From Deltaproteobacteria bacterium (GTDB lineage Bacteria > Myxococcota_A > Polyangia > Polyangiales > Houyiibacteriaceae): a stretch of 64,000 nucleotides of DNA. The stretch's first letter is position 1, and each line of letters begins with the position of its first letter. The translations under genes and the position numbers were made by a program. The notes under the pieces were generated by a model. The model was not told the origin of the DNA and searched no databases. It saw nothing but the letters and a program-made list of their open reading frames with translations. Positions 60,006-64,000 of the stretch are shown in pieces. The DNA is taken from contig JAXMNT010000001.1 of NCBI GenBank assembly GCA_034670305.1, positions 288,001 to 352,000 of the forward strand, written 5' to 3'.

Positions 60006-61590
60006 GGTCGATGCCGATCGGGCGAATCGTCAGGAGCCGAACGGTCGCGGTACCGGCCTCTTCGTCGGGTTCGTCCATCTTGGTGCGGTCGTCTTCGTCC
60101 CAAAGCGGAAGCTCGACGCTCTCGGACATGGGCGCGTCGTCCGCGGCCTCCACGGGTTCTTCCGCGGGCGAGGGTCCGGAACTCATCCGGAGGGTCGGGG
60201 TGCCGGCTGGGATCCGAGACGAAGGCGGAAGGCCGTCTTCGATCAGCTTCTGGATCGACTTCGGCATGACGATGTCCGGCATCGTCGCGTCCACCGGCAG
60301 GTCGACCACGGCGGTGACCTCGTCGTTGAATGCGGCCAAGGGCAATTCGGAAGAGGGCACCGGTTTGGTCACCTCCTCGAACGAGCCGACACGGGCGGCG
60401 GCGGCCCGCTCGAGCGCCTCGACGTCAACCGGTTTCGGCGGGACCGGGGTCTGCGGTCGGCTCGCCTCGCGCAAGGCCTCCGAGATGTCGACCGATTTGG
60501 TCTCGTCTTCGAAGACGCGCATGGGATCTGCCATGCGGGTCACCTCGTCGGTGACCGCGGGTCCGGGCGGGACCATGTCCTTCTTGAGGCCCTCCGATCC
60601 CAGCCGACCGATGGCCGTCTTGGACGCGAACACCGGCAAGCCGATCGCTTTGTCCAGGTCGGCTCGGCTTTCCGTGGCAGCTCCGGGCGGCGGCTCCATC
60701 GGGGGCGGCGGAAAACTTCGATCGACGACGGGCAACCCTTCGAGGACCCGCATCACGCCGCGCACCGCGTCCAGCAGGTCGTGCGTCTCCGATTCACCCG
60801 GACGCTGTTGCAGGAGTTTGGTGTAGATGCTGCGCGCGCCTTTGAGGTTGAGCATGCGCAACTGCATCGCGGCCGCCGGACGTCCGAACACCGGGATCGT
60901 TTTGGCCGACATCACATCGAGCCCCACGCCGCTGTCGCGTTCTTCGATCAAACGGGCCAGGAACTCGGCCACCGCCGGCGCATCGACATCGGTCGGGTGG
61001 GTTTCGGCGAACTCGAGCGCGCCGGCCCGCATCTTCTCGAGGCTCCGCTCACTGACGCCCCGTTGGAGTACCGTGGCGAGCTCGGAGGAGCTCGCTTCGA
61101 CCGGTTCTTCGGGCGCGCTCTGCGCATTGTCGAGAAGCATCCAGCGCAAGAGCGCGAGCCGCCGCTCGGCCCATATCGGAAGCGCGGACTCGCGGCGTCG
61201 ATCTTCCAGGGTGGTCAACGCGACGGACGCCGCACCCCGAAGCAGGTGCCGGTGCGCCAACACGAACGGCTCTTCCGCGTGGGCGGGCACCGGCGCCAAC
61301 AGTTCCCCCAGGACGGTGGCCCACTCGGCGGCGGGTCCACCGAAGTCGAGGCCGGCGAGGAGCGCGAGCGCTTCGACCAACATGCCTTCCCGGATCCACG
61401 CGTCGACGATTGGGAGCTCGAGTGCCGGGCCGGTGGCGGGCACCGATCCCTGCTCGAGCTCACGCAGGAGGGCGCGCGCCGGTCCGTGCGCTGGGTCCCG
61501 GGCGAGCGTGCCACGCAACACCAACTCCGCTTCGCGAACCGATCCGCGGGCGGCCAAGGTTCGGGCTGCATCTACGGGCTCAACGGTCAT
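59995..61590 (-). CDS. Hypothetical protein, helical-repeat N-terminus and acidic Pro-rich C-terminus
   Basis: Long ORF with normal codon usage, co-oriented with neighbours. Confidence 0.65.
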   Translation of the reverse strand: MTVEPVDAARTLAARGSVREAELVLRGTLARDPAHGPARALLRELEQGSVPATGPALELPIVDAWIREGMLVEALALLAGLDFGGPAAEWATVLGELLAPVPAHAEEPFVLAHRHLLRGAASVALTTLEDRRRESALPIWAERRLALLRWMLLDNAQSAPEEPVEASSSELATVLQRGVSERSLEKMRAGALEFAETHPTDVDAPAVAEFLARLIEERDSGVGLDVMSAKTIPVFGRPAAAMQLRMLNLKGARSIYTKLLQQRPGESETHDLLDAVRGVMRVLEGLPVVDRSFPPPPMEPPPGAATESRADLDKAIGLPVFASKTAIGRLGSEGLKKDMVPPGPAVTDEVTRMADPMRVFEDETKSVDISEALREASRPQTPVPPKPVDVEALERAAAARVGSFEEVTKPVPSSELPLAAFNDEVTAVVDLPVDATMPDIVMPKSIQKLIEDGLPPSSRIPAGTPTLRMSSGPSPAEEPVEAADDAPMSESVELPLWDEDDRTKMDEPDEEAGTATVRLLTIRPIGIDHDD

Positions 61591-61638
61591 CGTGTGCGTG
61601 CCGAAGGGTCGAACACCCCCCCGGGCGCGTCGAGCGTA

Positions 61639-62271
61639 TCAGCGTGCTCCGTACTGCACCAATCTCCGGGGACTTCCACTGGGCAGGGCGTACGCGAGTT
61701 GCCGCTGCAACGTCCAGCGTTCATCGCTCGGCGCCTCGTTCTGACCGAGCAGCACGAGGCAGACATCCGACATGCCCACCGCGCGGTCGAGCCACTCGGC
61801 AGGCGCGAAGGTGGCGCGGGACAACGCCACATCGAACGTCGCGGCGTCTTCCGCCGGTGGTTCCTCGACCCTCACCCGCGTGGCCAGCCCCAGCGCGCCC
61901 GCGGCGTGACGCATGAACGCGAGCCGTTTTCGACGCAGTTCGCGCAGCACGAACGTGCGGGATGGACTCAGCAGCGCGAGCGGGATGGACGGTGCGCCGG
62001 CACCGGCGCCCACGTCCACCCAGCGCTCCTTGCGCGCGTCGGGGGTCCCCCCGTCTTCCATGAAGAGGTGCAGGTGAAAGGCGTCGACGAACAGCACTTC
62101 GAGGAGCTGGTCGACCGACGCGCCGGCCACCAGATCGGTCTTTCGGCCCCACTGGCTCACGAGCTCCGCGAACCGAAGCAACCCCTCGCGCTGCTCGGCG
62201 GTCAACCGGAGCGCGGAGGGAATCATCGGGTCGAGGGCGGCGCCATGGCGTTTGGCGTCGAAGACGATCAC
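61639..62271 (-). CDS. rsmG: 16S rRNA m7G527 methyltransferase (GidB/RsmG)
   Basis: WVDVGAGAGAPSIPLAL SAM motif, E..RKRLAFM, FDVALSRA. Confidence 0.8.
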   Translation of the reverse strand: MIVFDAKRHGAALDPMIPSALRLTAEQREGLLRFAELVSQWGRKTDLVAGASVDQLLEVLFVDAFHLHLFMEDGGTPDARKERWVDVGAGAGAPSIPLALLSPSRTFVLRELRRKRLAFMRHAAGALGLATRVRVEEPPAEDAATFDVALSRATFAPAEWLDRAVGMSDVCLVLLGQNEAPSDERWTLQRQLAYALPSGSPRRLVQYGAR

Positions 62272-62987
62272 TCCCGGATCACCTCGACCGTGGTGCCGCC
62301 GTCGCCGGGCTCGGCGTTCTGGGCAGGGAGGTTGGCGCGGCGGTCCTCACAGAACCCCGACCAGGTGCGCAGGCCGGCGCGGCGCCGTCCGTTGAGGTGG
62401 CACGCGCGGTACGCGCGATTGGCATGGTCCAGGTAAGGCGTGGCCTGCGACTGCACGATCTCGCGGTAGATGGTCGCGATGTCCGGCTCGTTCGCGAGCT
62501 CGCGAGGCACCGGCACGTTGAGCAGGATGCGCGCGAGGTCTTCGTACATCAGGCCGACGAGCGCCCCGGCCCAGACCCGCTGGCGGTGGTTCTCTTCCGC
62601 CGCGACGTTCAACTCCGAGCGGGCGGCTTCGACCAGCGCGTTCTTCTGTTCCAGCCAGCGACGCAGCTCGGACTCCGACCATTGTTCGACTTCGCGGTGC
62701 GACCCGCCGGCCGGCGGTGGATGCGGGGGCGCGAGCTGGAAACTCTGCTCGGTGAGCAGCCACGCGAACTCCATCTTCTCCGTGAAGCGCCCCGGGTCGT
62801 GGTCGGGAAGCGCTTCCATGCTCGGCGGCGCGAACGCGTCTCCGGGACCGGTCGGGCCCGGGGTCTGCGTCCCCGCACACGCGGTCAGGGCGACCATCGC
62901 CGCCCCGACGAGCAAGGCGGATCCGAACCCGCAGACCGATCCAAGCCAGTGAACCGACGAGCGCACAGGCTGAGCATACACCGTCAT
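62268..62987 (-). CDS. Hypothetical lipoprotein
   Basis: Hydrophobic N-terminus ending LTAC; coupled to both neighbours. Confidence 0.65.
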   Translation of the reverse strand: MTVYAQPVRSSVHWLGSVCGFGSALLVGAAMVALTACAGTQTPGPTGPGDAFAPPSMEALPDHDPGRFTEKMEFAWLLTEQSFQLAPPHPPPAGGSHREVEQWSESELRRWLEQKNALVEAARSELNVAAEENHRQRVWAGALVGLMYEDLARILLNVPVPRELANEPDIATIYREIVQSQATPYLDHANRAYRACHLNGRRRAGLRTWSGFCEDRRANLPAQNAEPGDGGTTVEVIRE

Positions 62988-63829
62988 GCGCAGGCCGAGG
63001 TGAAGGCCGCCGCCGCTTGCTCCACGCCCCCGTACCGTTCGGCCCGTTTGGCCGCCATCGCTTGGTGGACGACCTGTGCGACCGCCAGCGGTACGTCCGG
63101 ACAGAGGCTCTCGAGGGCGATGCCCTGCCCGAGTACGATCTGGTAGAGCAGCTTGCCAGGGTTGCGCTCCGAAAACGGGATGTCGCCGGCCAGCGCCTGG
63201 AACATCAGCACACCGAGCGCGTAGATGTCGATGCTGTCGCTGACCTCTTCACTGCCGGTCAGAAGCTCCGGGGCCATGTAGATCGGGGTGCCGATGACTT
63301 CGCCGGTTCGGGTCAGTCGATCGAGCCCGAGCACCTTGGAGGTGCCGAAGTCGACGAGCTTGGCCCGGACCGCATCCCCCTCGGCGATGAGGAACACGTT
63401 GCCAGGCTTGAGGTCGCCGTGGATCACGCCGTGGGCGTGGGCGGCAGCGAGACCGGCGCCGATGTCCTCGACGATCGGCTGGAGTTGCGCCGGGGTGAGC
63501 CTTCCCAGGCGTTCGATGTGGGCTTCCAGGGTCTCGCCTTCGAGCAGCTCCATCACCGTGAACGACCGACCGAGCGCATCGGTCCCGACGTCGAAGACCC
63601 GGACGACGGAAGGATGGCTCAGCGCTTGGAGAATCGAGCCTTCCCGCTTGAATCGGCGGTGCATCTCCTTCTCGTGGGCGAGCTCCGGGTGAAGAAACTT
63701 CACCGCCACTGGCCGCTGCATCTTCTCGTCGATGGCGTGGAAGACCGCGCCCATCCCGCCGGCCGCGAGCTTGCCCACGACGCGGTAACGCTCCGCGAAG
63801 AGCTCTCCAGGCTCGGGGAGGGGGGTCAC
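62984..63829 (-). CDS. Serine/threonine protein kinase (kinase domain only)
   Basis: AGGMGAV, VAVK, HGDLKPGN, DFG, GTPIYMAPE, DIYALG. Confidence 0.93.
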   Translation of the reverse strand: MTPLPEPGELFAERYRVVGKLAAGGMGAVFHAIDEKMQRPVAVKFLHPELAHEKEMHRRFKREGSILQALSHPSVVRVFDVGTDALGRSFTVMELLEGETLEAHIERLGRLTPAQLQPIVEDIGAGLAAAHAHGVIHGDLKPGNVFLIAEGDAVRAKLVDFGTSKVLGLDRLTRTGEVIGTPIYMAPELLTGSEEVSDSIDIYALGVLMFQALAGDIPFSERNPGKLLYQIVLGQGIALESLCPDVPLAVAQVVHQAMAAKRAERYGGVEQAAAAFTSACA

Positions 63830-64000
63830 TGGCCCACCATACTGCCCCAGCCCTTCCCAGCAAAAGTTCCCCGCGTCGCGCAGCCACCACGGGCACCGGT
63901 ACTGCCAGCAGGCGCTTTTCAGCGCCGACTGGAAGAAAAGTGGGAATGGGTCCGGCAGCCAGCCGTTGAACCACTGAACCTCGCGGGCGTGAGCGACCCC

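Noticed and set aside
63895-63930. AGCAGGCGCTTTTCAGCG resembling the MITE right end
   Set aside because: Short, lacks CTAG and the hexamer block, and lies at the window edge; possibly a remnant but unsupported.
185-63974. Many long alternative-frame and antisense ORFs in the supplied track (e.g. 185-1717, 3801-5996, 24281-26728, 38593-41226, 59953-62436)
   Set aside because: They shadow recognisable genes and have Arg/Pro/Gly-rich, motif-free translations typical of stop-poor high-GC DNA.

Overview
A high-GC bacterial chromosomal window, most consistent with Myxococcota (Polyangiales/Sandaracinaceae-like). Supporting this are a MYXO-CTERM sorting signal, Cys-rich lipoproteins, Hanks-type Ser/Thr kinases, a sigma-54 activator and an ECF/FecR pair. 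It holds about 55 genes. Housekeeping genes include metK, mrp/apbC, nadB, hisD, cysS, radC, rpmH-rnpA-yidC-jag and rsmG. Also present are a divergent RpoD-like sigma factor, a eukaryote-type S-adenosylmethionine decarboxylase, a FAAL-ACP-KS-CLF-SPT-like lipid cluster, and an ECF sigma with a 1428-aa FecR-VIT-vWA-TPR partner. The most striking non-coding structure is a dense family (about 13 loci) of composite 6-nt-period tandem arrays (TTGCCC/GGGCAA, GCCGAA, GCGGAA, GCCACT and others), mostly just after stop codons. Three are parts of IS5-like fold-back miniature elements. The fullest copy is flanked by CTAG and carries a dead four-helix-bundle gene fragment, an IS5 transposase C-terminus and a small nested insertion. 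At least ten genes have a TAnnnT hexamer 6-7 nt before the start codon, suggesting widespread leaderless transcription. No rRNA, tRNA or CRISPR array was seen. All calls come from motif recognition by eye; no database searches were run, and start codons are best estimates.
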